Origin: an uncultured bacterium
GTDB taxonomy: Bacteria; Patescibacteriota; Minisyncoccia; Phycocordibacterales; Phycocordibacteraceae
Direction: 5' to 3'
DNA length: 42,074 bases
Assembly: GCA_937879955.1 (NCBI GenBank)
Contig: CALFMK010000001.1
Location: 157,504-199,577, forward strand
This document shows positions 18,513-27,092 of the stretch, in pieces. The notes beneath the pieces are model-generated. The model was not told where the DNA came from and did no database searches. It was given only the letters and a program-made list of their open reading frames with translations. The translations under genes were made by a program, and so were the position numbers. Position 1 is the first letter of the stretch. Every line of letters begins with the position of its first letter.

Positions 18513-18693
18513 ATGAGGATGGAAACTAATAATCCATCGTGTCCATTCTGCCTCCCCCATCCAAGAAAGAACGAGCGTTCTGATGGCTCCCCGTGACAGC
18601 GGGCGCCGCTCCGGCCGGCGCATGAAGCGGCGGCGGATTCGGAGACAGTAGCATTAGTCCCGTGGCGGCACAATATTATCTCTCCTGAGGAAA

Positions 18694-19950
18694 TTATGCT
18701 TTCCGCATCTCCCTTGAACGAGCCTTCCTATGATTCGATAGCGAGAAGCGGTGCGCTTCCGCGTTCGCGAGCACCGCATCGGCGTCGGAGATGCCGGCGC
18801 GGCGACCTCCGATGACCTCGCGCGGTCGATGCTTCTCGTCCTTCACTACGGCGACCACCGGCAGGCCGATGCCCGCCTCCTTCAGCACGTCCTCGGCGGC
18901 CTTCTTGTGGGTCTTCCCGCCGTCTATCACGAACGCCTTCGGGAGCGGCCACTCCGGGTGCCCGAGACGCCGCGAGAGGATCTCCTTCAGTGAGGCGATG
19001 TCGTCGTTCAAGGACTTGCCCGCCATGCCCTTGATCTTGAAGGTGCGGTAGTCCTTCTTCACGGGCGCGCCGTTCTCCACGACCGTCATCACGCCTATCG
19101 CATTAGTACCCGATATGTGCGCCGTGTCATACGCCTCGATCCTCGGCGCCTCCGCGTCCCCGCGGTCCTCCTTGATGAGCGAGACGTCCTGGATATGGTC
19201 GAGCGCGAAGAGCTGCCGGCGGACCTGCGCCGCCTCCTCGAACTCTTCCCGCTTCGCGAACTCCTTCATGTCGCGCGTGAGGGTGGCACGGAGCGTCTTC
19301 ACGCTCCCGGAGAGGAAGAGGGACACGTTCCGGATGGAGCGCATGTATGCCGAGCGGTCCATGTCCTTCGGGTAGTGCCCGATCTGCCGGTTGAACTCCA
19401 CCTTCGCCTGCAGATGCTTGTTCCCTTCACCTACCGGCTTCTGCGTGTCGTAGAACGGGAATATCTTCCGGATGAGCTTCAATCCTTCGCGCAGCTGGTA
19501 CCCGGACGGGAACGGCCCGTGTATGGCCTTCAGCTTGAGACCCGTGGCCATCACCTTCTTCGCCTTCATGTCGAGCTCCGCGCCGCGTATCGCGAGCACG
19601 CGCGGTATCTCCTCGTCCGTGATGACGGCGTAGAGGAAGGTCTTGTCGTCCTTACCCATCGCGTTTGCAGGCGGGAGATGCTCCCGGATGAGCGCCGCCT
19701 CGCGCACCAGCGCCTCGAGCACCGTAGGGGTAGCCTCGTACGAGACGGCATCGGCCTTCGTCACCATGTCCACGATGCGCGGACCCCGCGTCGCGATGAG
19801 CTCTACGTCGAAATAGGAGCGCACGCGGTCGCGCAGCGACGTCGCCTTGCCGATGTAGAGGATCTGCTTCGCGCGGCCCTTGCCCTGCGTGAAGATATAG
19901 ACCCCCGGCGAATCCGGGAGCTCAAACTTCGGAAGGTCGGCGCGTTCCAT
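18694..19950 (-). CDS. uvrC: Excinuclease ABC subunit C, short form (418 aa).
   Basis: GIY-YIG N-terminus (PGVYIFTQ..ILYIGKATSLRDRVRSYF), UVR motif (EEFEEAAQVRRQLFALDHI) and an RNase H-like endonuclease region (IEAYDTAHISG..). The protein ends without the helix-hairpin-helix pair. Confidence 0.92.
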   Translation of the reverse strand: MERADLPKFELPDSPGVYIFTQGKGRAKQILYIGKATSLRDRVRSYFDVELIATRGPRIVDMVTKADAVSYEATPTVLEALVREAALIREHLPPANAMGKDDKTFLYAVITDEEIPRVLAIRGAELDMKAKKVMATGLKLKAIHGPFPSGYQLREGLKLIRKIFPFYDTQKPVGEGNKHLQAKVEFNRQIGHYPKDMDRSAYMRSIRNVSLFLSGSVKTLRATLTRDMKEFAKREEFEEAAQVRRQLFALDHIQDVSLIKEDRGDAEAPRIEAYDTAHISGTNAIGVMTVVENGAPVKKDYRTFKIKGMAGKSLNDDIASLKEILSRRLGHPEWPLPKAFVIDGGKTHKKAAEDVLKEAGIGLPVVAVVKDEKHRPREVIGGRRAGISDADAVLANAEAHRFSLSNHRKARSREMRKA

Positions 19951-19986
19951 GTGACTATCCTACCCGCCAAGAGGCGCAAATGAAAA

Positions 19987-20012
19987 GCGGACCGGTCTTT
20001 CGACTGGTCCGC
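19987..20012 (-). terminator. Rho-independent terminator after the 95-aa gene.
   Basis: gcggaccggtc-tttc-gactggtccgc (one mismatch). On the minus strand it is followed by ttttcattt. Confidence 0.75.
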
Positions 20013-20020
20013 GTCTTCGA

Positions 20021-20308
20021 TTAGTGAATCGAGCCGGGCAAGAGACAGCGCGCCACCTTGAGCGGCACCTCGGTGCCGTTACTCTGGAGAAACACGTTGT
20101 AGGCATTGAACGCGTCGAGCTCGGGATCCGCGCTTCCGTCGTTGTACGCCCTGAACGCATTACGGAAGATCTCGGGCTCGGACACATCCTTCGACAGGCC
20201 GAGTCGCTCCCGAACGTAGTTCACGATGACGTGACCGTCGAACTCGAACCGCTGATGCAGCTCGTCGAGATTCGCAGCGAGCGGAGGAGCAGTCGTATCG
20301 ATTGCCAT
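20021..20308 (-). CDS. Hypothetical protein.
   Basis: 95 aa with natural-looking composition. It is located between uvrA and uvrC and has its own terminator. Confidence 0.6.
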   Translation of the reverse strand: MAIDTTAPPLAANLDELHQRFEFDGHVIVNYVRERLGLSKDVSEPEIFRNAFRAYNDGSADPELDAFNAYNVFLQSNGTEVPLKVARCLLPGSIH

Positions 20309-20391
20309 TACCGTACACTCCCGTGTATGAGGATCTTTCCTAAGGACTCAGGATAGCACCGCACCGTACCTGGAAAGCACCTTAATCCACC

Positions 20392-23070
20392 CTACTGCTT
20401 CTTCAGGGGCTTCTGGTGCTTCTTGAGGAGCTTTGCGAGGTACTCGCCCGTATGCGAGCCTTCCACCTCTGCCACTTCCTCAGGCGTACCCTTCGCGATT
20501 ATCTTTCCGCCGCCGGTGCCTCCTTCCGGACCGAAGTCGATGATGTGGTCCGCGGACTTGATGACGTCGAGGTTGTGCTCGATCACTACGACCGTGTTGC
20601 CGCGGCGCACGAGCTCCTGGAGGATCTCGATGAGCTTGCGCACGTCCTCGTAGTGGAGACCCACCGTCGGCTCGTCGAGGAGATACAGCGTCTTCATCGT
20701 GATAGGACGGTAGAGCTCCGACGCTATCTTCACGCGCTGCGCCTCGCCGCCGGAAAGGGTCGTCGCGCTCTGGCCGAGCGTGAGGTACTGGAGGCCGGTC
20801 GAGTTCAGGGACTCGAGGCGGTCGTTGATGGACGGGATGTCCTTGAAGAACTCCTCCGCCTCCTCGATGGTCATCTGGAGGACCTCGTAGATGTTCTTGC
20901 CGCGGTAGGTCACCTCGAGCGTCTCCTTCATGTAGCGCGTGCCATTGCAGACGTCGCAGGTCACGTAGACGGTCGGGAGGAAGTGCATCTCCACCGCGAT
21001 CACGCCGTTACCCTGGCAGGCCTCGCAGCGCCCGCCCGCCACGTTGAACGAGAACCGTCCCGGCTTCCAGCCGCGCGCACGGGCCTCTGAGGTCGCCGCG
21101 AAGAGATCGCGGATATGCGTGAAGGCGCCGGTGTACGTAGCAGGGTTCGAGCGCGGGGTGCGTCCGATGGCGGACTGGTCGATGAGCACGACGCGGCCGA
21201 GATACTCGGTGCCGGTGATGCTTGCCGCGTTCTCGACCGGAGCCTGGCGGCGGGCGAACCGTGCCGCCACGTTCTTGTGGAGGATATCGTAGAGGAAGGT
21301 GGACTTGCCCGATCCCGAGACACCCGTGATGCAGACCAGCTTGCCGAGCGGCACCTCGACGTTCTGGTTCTTGATGTTATGCAGGGTCGCGCCCTTTATC
21401 TTTATAGAGCCCTTCTCGCCGGTACGGCGCGCCTCCGGAAGCTCGACGCGCGTCTCCTCGCGCAGGTACGAGAGCGTGGTCGAGCCGGAGTCGTTCTTCG
21501 GCGCCGTGAGGAGGTCGTCGAGCCAGCCTTGCGCCACCACGTTCCCGCCGTGCACGCCCGCGCCCGGCCCGATATCGAGGATGTAATCGGCCGCGTAGAT
21601 CGTATCCTCGTCGTGCTCAACCACGAGGATGGTGTTGCCGAGCTCCTTGAGGCGCAGCAGGGTCTTGATGAGGCGGTCGTTATCGCGCTGATGGAGGCCG
21701 ATGGTTGGCTCGTCGAGCACGTAGAGCGCGCCCACGAGCCCGGTGCCCAGCTGGGACGCCAGGCGTATGCGCTGCGCCTCGCCGCCCGAAAGCGTCGCCG
21801 CGGAGCGGTTGAGGGTGAGATAGTCGAGACCCACGTTGAGCATGAAGTCGATGCGCGCGGTTATCTCGCGCACGATCGGGAGCGCGATCTCCGCCTTCAT
21901 CTCGGAGAGCACGAGCGTATCCATGAACTCCTTCGCGTCCCGGATGCTCATGCCGACGAAATCCACGATGTTAGTACCCACGTCCGTGAGCTCGTCAGCG
22001 TTCACGTTCATCTTCTTCTTCGTGGAGAGGTACACGCGGAGCGCCTCGGGACGCAGGCGCTTCCCGTCGCAGACCGGGCACGGCTCGTCCGAGAAGAGCG
22101 ACTTCGTGCCGAGGCCGTTGCAGTTCGGGCAGGCGCCGTACGGGCTGTTGAACGAGAACAGGCGCGGCTCGACCTCAGGGAACGAGGTGCCGTCTACCGG
22201 GCAGATGAACTTCGCGGAGAGCGTCTCGAGCGTGCCATCGGCATGCTTTATCTTCACGAGGCCGTCGCTCTCCTTCAGCGCCAGCTCGAGGGCCTCTGAG
22301 AGGCGCTCGCGCGCCGCGTCAGGGCTGCGGTCGAACTCGGACACGTAGATCGAGTCGACGATGGCGTCGATGTCATGGCGCTTGTTACGGTCGAGGACCA
22401 CCTTCTCGCGAAGCGCGTGCGGCACGCCGTCGATGAGGACCTTCTCGTATCCCTTCCCGAGGAGGTCGTAGAGGAGCTGGTAGTACTCGCCCTTGCGGCC
22501 GACCACCACCGGCGCGTAGACCGTGATGGCGGTCTTGTCCACGGCCACGCCCATAACCTCCTCCTTCGCACGCTTCGCCTCGCGCTGCTTGATGTTCGCC
22601 TGGACCATGCGGATCATCTCCTCTTTCGAGAGCTTCTCGATCGGCACGTCGTGGTTCACGCAGTACGGCTGGCCGGCGCGCGCATAGAGCACGCGGAGGT
22701 AGTCGTAGATCTCCGTCACGGTCGCCACCGTCGAGCGCGGGTTGTTCGAGCGCGACTTCTGGTCGATGGAGATGGCAGGCGCAAGACCGGTTATCTCGTC
22801 GACATCCGGCTTCTGCATCTGGTTCAGGAACTGGCGTGCATAGGCCGAGAGGGACTCCACGTAGCGGCGCTGCCCCTCCGCGAAGATCGTATCGAAGGCG
22901 AAGGAGGACTTTCCGGAACCCGAGAGGCCCGTGACAACCGTCATGGCGCCACGCGGGAACTCCGTGGTGATGTTCTTCAGGTTATGGGTACGCGCGCCCT
23001 TCACGCGGATCCAGTCCTCGCCGATGTGCTGCTCGTGCTTCTTGGTATCGGATTTCTTTGTGTTCGCCAT
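20392..23070 (-). CDS. uvrA: Excinuclease ABC subunit A.
   Basis: ORF 20392..23112. ATG 23070 is preferred ([22 protein letters not shown]). It has two ABC ATPase modules (GLSGSGKSS.., GVSGSGKST..; LSGGEAQR twice) and Cys-rich zinc modules. Confidence 0.97.
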   Translation of the reverse strand: MANTKKSDTKKHEQHIGEDWIRVKGARTHNLKNITTEFPRGAMTVVTGLSGSGKSSFAFDTIFAEGQRRYVESLSAYARQFLNQMQKPDVDEITGLAPAISIDQKSRSNNPRSTVATVTEIYDYLRVLYARAGQPYCVNHDVPIEKLSKEEMIRMVQANIKQREAKRAKEEVMGVAVDKTAITVYAPVVVGRKGEYYQLLYDLLGKGYEKVLIDGVPHALREKVVLDRNKRHDIDAIVDSIYVSEFDRSPDAARERLSEALELALKESDGLVKIKHADGTLETLSAKFICPVDGTSFPEVEPRLFSFNSPYGACPNCNGLGTKSLFSDEPCPVCDGKRLRPEALRVYLSTKKKMNVNADELTDVGTNIVDFVGMSIRDAKEFMDTLVLSEMKAEIALPIVREITARIDFMLNVGLDYLTLNRSAATLSGGEAQRIRLASQLGTGLVGALYVLDEPTIGLHQRDNDRLIKTLLRLKELGNTILVVEHDEDTIYAADYILDIGPGAGVHGGNVVAQGWLDDLLTAPKNDSGSTTLSYLREETRVELPEARRTGEKGSIKIKGATLHNIKNQNVEVPLGKLVCITGVSGSGKSTFLYDILHKNVAARFARRQAPVENAASITGTEYLGRVVLIDQSAIGRTPRSNPATYTGAFTHIRDLFAATSEARARGWKPGRFSFNVAGGRCEACQGNGVIAVEMHFLPTVYVTCDVCNGTRYMKETLEVTYRGKNIYEVLQMTIEEAEEFFKDIPSINDRLESLNSTGLQYLTLGQSATTLSGGEAQRVKIASELYRPITMKTLYLLDEPTVGLHYEDVRKLIEILQELVRRGNTVVVIEHNLDVIKSADHIIDFGPEGGTGGGKIIAKGTPEEVAEVEGSHTGEYLAKLLKKHQKPLKKQ

Positions 23071-23162
23071 ATATATGGAAATGTCCTGCCCGTGGCGGGG
23101 CAGGTACCCCACGAATGTATCACATTATGCGCCTGAAGGCCGGATGAGCATAATATATACAC

Positions 23163-23342
23163 ATGTTCAGGAATATCCCGCTCATACGCTTCTTCTGGAT
23201 CAGGCATCGGACCTGCTGGAGGAAGGTGAAGCATCGAACCGAGGCGAGAGCGGCGACGGAGGCGAGAAGGCTCGGCCATGGGCTCCATGCCTATCGCTGC
23301 CCGTACTGCCGGAAATGGCACGTCGGGCACCTGAAACGATAA
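23163..23342 (+). CDS. 59-aa basic protein with a C-terminal CxxC-x3-H-x2-H zinc-knuckle-like motif (below the ORF-track cutoff).
   Basis: Own translation: [59 protein letters not shown]. The third codon positions are GC-rich. CATAAT lies 8 nt upstream of the ATG, and a hairpin follows at 23341-23363. Confidence 0.55.
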   Translation: MFRNIPLIRFFWIRHRTCWRKVKHRTEARAATEARRLGHGLHAYRCPYCRKWHVGHLKR

Positions 23343-23383
23343 GACCCGCGTGAAGCGGGCCTTATGCGTTCGCTACGGATCCC

Positions 23384-23809
23384 TTAGGCTGCTGGAGGCG
23401 GGAGCGGCGCGCCGGCGAGCGTCTCTGACGGGACGGATGCCGCGAGCGTGCTCTCGATCTTCGCGACGATCTCCTCGACGGATACCTCCGCCTTGATGAG
23501 GTAGTCGTTCGCGCCGAGCTGCTTGGTGCGGTCGATGTCGGCTTGAGCGCCGAGGTTCGACACGATGATCACCGGCGTATCCTTGAGCTCGTCGGTCCGG
23601 GCGCGGATCGCCTGAAGCACGGCGAAGCCGTCCATGGTCGGGAGCATGAGGTCGAGGAGGACGAGGACCGGGCGGTTCGCCTCGATCAGCGCGAGCGCCT
23701 CGTTCCCGTCGGACGCGTAGAGCGTCTGGTACTTGCCTGCGAGCGTGTGCCCGAGCAGGTTCTTCAGTATGGGATCGTCTTCGACGACGAGGATGAATTT
23801 GGTGTCCAT
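23384..23809 (-). CDS. Response regulator, receiver domain only (CheY-like) with a short Pro/Ala tail.
   Basis: 141 aa. ILVVEDDP.., ..VLVLLDLMLPTMDG.. (phospho-acceptor Asp), ..PVIIVSN.., ..GANDYLIK... No DNA-binding output domain. Confidence 0.93.
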   Translation of the reverse strand: MDTKFILVVEDDPILKNLLGHTLAGKYQTLYASDGNEALALIEANRPVLVLLDLMLPTMDGFAVLQAIRARTDELKDTPVIIVSNLGAQADIDRTKQLGANDYLIKAEVSVEEIVAKIESTLAASVPSETLAGAPLPPPAA

Positions 23810-23835
23810 GGGGAGAGTATAGCACTCGGGCTTCC

Positions 23836-24921
23836 CTAGCCCGCAACCGGCAGCGAGAGCGTGAAGGTGGTCCCTGAGCCCTCCTGGTTCGACTCGAAAT
23901 TAAGGTCCCCGCCGTGGTCGGTGGCCACCGTACGGGCGATATAGAGGCCGAGACCATTCCCGCCGTTCTCCTTCGCGATGGCGTTCGGCGCCCGATAGAA
24001 CCGCTCGAAGATGTTGCCGCGGTCCTCCGGCGCGATGCCGATGCCCGTATCCTTCACCTTAACGAATACGCGTCCGGGCGCGCGTACGGTCGTGACGCGC
24101 ACCTGCCCGCCCGCTGGCGTGTACCGTATCGCGTTCTCGATGAGGTTGTTGAGCACCCAGCGGATGCGCTCCTGGTCGATGCGGACCATGGCGCTCGCGC
24201 TGCCGGACTTCTCGAAGAAGAGCGCCACGCCGGTCTTCCCTGCGAGCGCCTGGAAGTCGCGCGTCACACCCTCGACGATCGGATCGAGTGCCTGCTCCTT
24301 GAAGTCGTACTTGTATTTGCCCGACTCGATGCTCGAGATGTCGAGCAGCGTGCCGACCACGCCCACGAGCTGATGGCTCTTCTCCACCGCGCTCGCCACG
24401 AGGGCCTTCTGGCTGTCGGTGAGCTGCTCCAGCTGGAGCGCCTCGAGCGCCCAGCGCACGCCCGTGAGCGGGGTGCGCAGCTGATGCGCCGCGGTCGAGA
24501 TGAAGTCGGACTTCACGCGCGAGATCTCGACGTCGTGCTTATGCACCTCGGCGACACCGCCGGCGAGCTTCAAGAACGCCTCCCTGAGCGTGTTCACCTC
24601 TACCGGCACCCACCCGAGCTCCATCTCCGCAGGCGGCGTACCGCTCTCCGCGAACGCTTTCATAGCGAGCGTGATGCGGCGGATAGGCGTCGCGATGTAG
24701 CGACCTACCGCGAAGAACAAGAGCGTGAGGAGCCCGAGCGACAGGAGGAGCGACGCGACCGAGGTCTGGATGAACACCGTGCTCAGCGCGCGGTTCGTCT
24801 CGAGGTTCGCGAACAAGGGCGCGAGCTGTCCTTGCTGGAAGACGCCCGACAGGAGGATGATCCCGAGCGTCGCCAGGAATATGAGTACGAGGAGGAGCCC
24901 GACGAACCCGCGTATGGTCAT
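23836..24921 (-). CDS. Membrane sensor histidine kinase (2 TM, HAMP-like, HisKA, HATPase_c).
   Basis: 361 aa. H-box FISTAAHQLRTPLTGV, N-box LNNLIENAIRYTP, G-boxes VKDTGIGI and GNGLGLYI. Confidence 0.93.
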   Translation of the reverse strand: MTIRGFVGLLLVLIFLATLGIILLSGVFQQGQLAPLFANLETNRALSTVFIQTSVASLLLSLGLLTLLFFAVGRYIATPIRRITLAMKAFAESGTPPAEMELGWVPVEVNTLREAFLKLAGGVAEVHKHDVEISRVKSDFISTAAHQLRTPLTGVRWALEALQLEQLTDSQKALVASAVEKSHQLVGVVGTLLDISSIESGKYKYDFKEQALDPIVEGVTRDFQALAGKTGVALFFEKSGSASAMVRIDQERIRWVLNNLIENAIRYTPAGGQVRVTTVRAPGRVFVKVKDTGIGIAPEDRGNIFERFYRAPNAIAKENGGNGLGLYIARTVATDHGGDLNFESNQEGSGTTFTLSLPVAG

Positions 24922-24962
24922 AGCATGATGCTAGCACGCCCGAGGCGTGCAACGCCGCGCTA

Positions 24963-27026
24963 TTACCGTCCGCGCTTCTTCGGCGCCGAGCGCTTCGCCG
25001 GCTTCGGTTCCCCGCCTTCGAGCGCGTAGATCTCGTCGCGCAGGATGGCAGCGGTCTCGAAGTCGAGTGCCTCCACGGCGTCAGCCATCTGCGCGCGCTT
25101 CTGCTTCATGAACGCGACCGGGTCCTCCTCGTAGAGCTTCTCGTCGAGCGAGAGCAGGCCCGCGACGGTCTTCTGGTGCTCGGAGCGCATGCTCTCGGCG
25201 ATGTCGCGGATCTCCTTCTTCACGGTAGCCGGCGTGATGCCGTGCTCCTCGTTGTAGGCGAGCTGGATCTTCCGGCGGCGCTCCGTCTCGCCGATGGCGC
25301 GCTCCATGGAGCCGGTCATGACGTCCGCGTACAGGATCACGGTGCCGAGCACGTTGCGGGCCGCGCGGCCGATGGTCTGTATGAGCGAGGTCTCGGAGCG
25401 GAGGAAGCCTTCCTTGTCCGCGTCGAGTATGCCCACGAGCTCCACCTCCGGGAGGTCGAGACCCTCGCGCAGCAGGTTCACGCCCACGAGCACGTCGAAC
25501 TCCCCCTTGCGGAAGGCCGTGAGGATGTCGATGCGGTCGATGGTCTTCACGTCCGAGTGGAGATACTCGGCCTTCATGCCCTTCTCGCGCAGGAACTCGG
25601 AGAGGTCCTCAGCCATCTGCTTGGTGAGGGTGGTCGCGAGCGCGCGTCCGCCGCGCTTGATGACGGCGCTCGCCTCCTCTATGAAATCGGCCACCTGGCC
25701 CTTGTACCCTTCGCTGCCCACGATCGGCTTGATGGTGAGCTCCGGATCCACGAGCCCCGTCGGGCGGATGATCTGCTCCGCCACCTGGCCGTCCGGGGGG
25801 ACGCTATGCTCGAGCTCGTACTTGCCCGGAGTCGCCGACGTGTAGATGGTCTGGCCGATGCGCTCCTCGAACTCGTCGAACTTGAGCGGACGGTTGTCGC
25901 GCGCGGACGGCAGGCGGAAGCCGTGCTCGATGAGCACGTCCTTGCGGGAGCGGTCGCCCGCGTACATGCCCCCCACCTGCGTCACGGTGACATGCGACTC
26001 GTCGATCACGGTGAGGAAGTCCGGCTTCCCGTCCTTCGTGTGCGGGAAATACGACAGGAGCGTATGCGCGGCCTCGCCGGGCGCGCGTCCGTCGAAGTGC
26101 CGCGAGTAGTTCTCGATGCCGCTGGTGTAGCCGATCTCGCGTATGAGCGCGAGGTCATGCTGAGTGCGGCGCTTCAATCGCTCGTACTCGAGCACCTTCT
26201 CCTCGCGCTTGAAGACCGCGAGCTGCTCCTCGAGCTCGTTCTTGATGCTCTCGATCGCGCGGTTGCGCCCGTCCTCGTCCGTCACGAAGTGCTTGGCAGG
26301 GAAGACGAACAGGGAATCCGGCGTGCCGGTGAGCGCGCGCGAGACCGGATCGAGGCATTCGATGCGGGAGACGGTCCCGCCGTCGAAGAGGATGCGGTAC
26401 ACCACGCGCTCGTTGGTGGGCATGAGCTCGACCACGTTCCCCACCGCGCGGATCTTGCCGGGCTCGAGGTCCGCGTTCGTGCGCTCGAAATAGATGCCGA
26501 TGAGCTTCCTGATGAGCGCGGCGCGGTCCTCCTCCCCGCCCACGATGAGCTTCACGTGGCGCTTCTCGTAGTTCTCAGGGGAGCCGAGACCGTAGATCGC
26601 AGACACCGACGCCACGATGATCACGTCCTTCCGGGTCAGGAGCGCCTGGGTGGCCGCATGGCGGAGCCGATCAATCTCCGCATTGATCTGCGCTTCCTTC
26701 TCGATGTAGGTGTCCGAGTGCGCGATGTACGCCTCCGGCTGGTAGTAGTCGTAGTACGAGACGAAGTAGTGCACGGCGTTCTCCGGGAAGAACTCCCGGT
26801 ACTCCTGCGCGAGCTGGGCCGCGAGCGTCTTGTTGTGCGCCATGACCAGGGTCGGCTTCCCTACGTTCTGAATCACGTTCGCGATCGTGTAGGTCTTGCC
26901 CGAGCCCGTGACGCCGAGCAGTGTCTGGTGCCGCATGCCCTTCTTCACGCCCTCCGTGAGCTTCTCGATGGCCTTCGGCTGGTCGCCCGCTGGAGGGAAC
27001 GGAGCATGAATCTTGAAGGTCGACAT
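24963..27026 (-). CDS. uvrB: Excinuclease ABC subunit B.
   Basis: 687 aa. ..QTLLGVTGSGKTYT.., helicase motifs (DESH, ..TSATPG..), and a C-terminal UVR domain (ALDFETAAILRDEIYAL). Confidence 0.98.
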   Translation of the reverse strand: MSTFKIHAPFPPAGDQPKAIEKLTEGVKKGMRHQTLLGVTGSGKTYTIANVIQNVGKPTLVMAHNKTLAAQLAQEYREFFPENAVHYFVSYYDYYQPEAYIAHSDTYIEKEAQINAEIDRLRHAATQALLTRKDVIIVASVSAIYGLGSPENYEKRHVKLIVGGEEDRAALIRKLIGIYFERTNADLEPGKIRAVGNVVELMPTNERVVYRILFDGGTVSRIECLDPVSRALTGTPDSLFVFPAKHFVTDEDGRNRAIESIKNELEEQLAVFKREEKVLEYERLKRRTQHDLALIREIGYTSGIENYSRHFDGRAPGEAAHTLLSYFPHTKDGKPDFLTVIDESHVTVTQVGGMYAGDRSRKDVLIEHGFRLPSARDNRPLKFDEFEERIGQTIYTSATPGKYELEHSVPPDGQVAEQIIRPTGLVDPELTIKPIVGSEGYKGQVADFIEEASAVIKRGGRALATTLTKQMAEDLSEFLREKGMKAEYLHSDVKTIDRIDILTAFRKGEFDVLVGVNLLREGLDLPEVELVGILDADKEGFLRSETSLIQTIGRAARNVLGTVILYADVMTGSMERAIGETERRRKIQLAYNEEHGITPATVKKEIRDIAESMRSEHQKTVAGLLSLDEKLYEEDPVAFMKQKRAQMADAVEALDFETAAILRDEIYALEGGEPKPAKRSAPKKRGR

Positions 27027-27057
27027 ATAGGGCCAGTGTACCGTCGAGGGATGAATT

Positions 27058-27092
27058 AATGAAGAAGACCTCTGTAAGAGGTCTTCTTCATT
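27058..27092 (-). terminator. Intrinsic terminator after tgt, overlapping its stop codon.
   Basis: aatgaagaagacctct-gta-agaggtcttcttcatt, a perfect 16-bp stem. Confidence 0.8.

Noticed and set aside
18513-18596. A 27-codon plus-strand ORF (MRMETNNPSCPFCLPHPRKNERSDGSP) in the uvrC-ddl spacer, and the minus-strand ORFs 18321-18623 and 18398-18673.
   Set aside because: The 27-codon ORF has no SD or -10 element at a suitable distance, mixed third-position composition and only a partial CxxC..H motif. The minus-strand ORFs run through a terminator hairpin and into ddl out of frame. All are kept only as part of the unexplained-spacer finding.
18472-18693. Possible SRP (4.5S) RNA or 6S RNA in the uvrC-ddl spacer.
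   Set aside because: On neither strand could I find the conserved SRP domain IV sequence (GGAA tetraloop flanked by AGCA-type loops, ..GUCCGGAAGGAAGCAGCC..). I also could not pair the spacer ends into a long 6S-like rod. A covariance-model search is needed, so no RNA gene is called.
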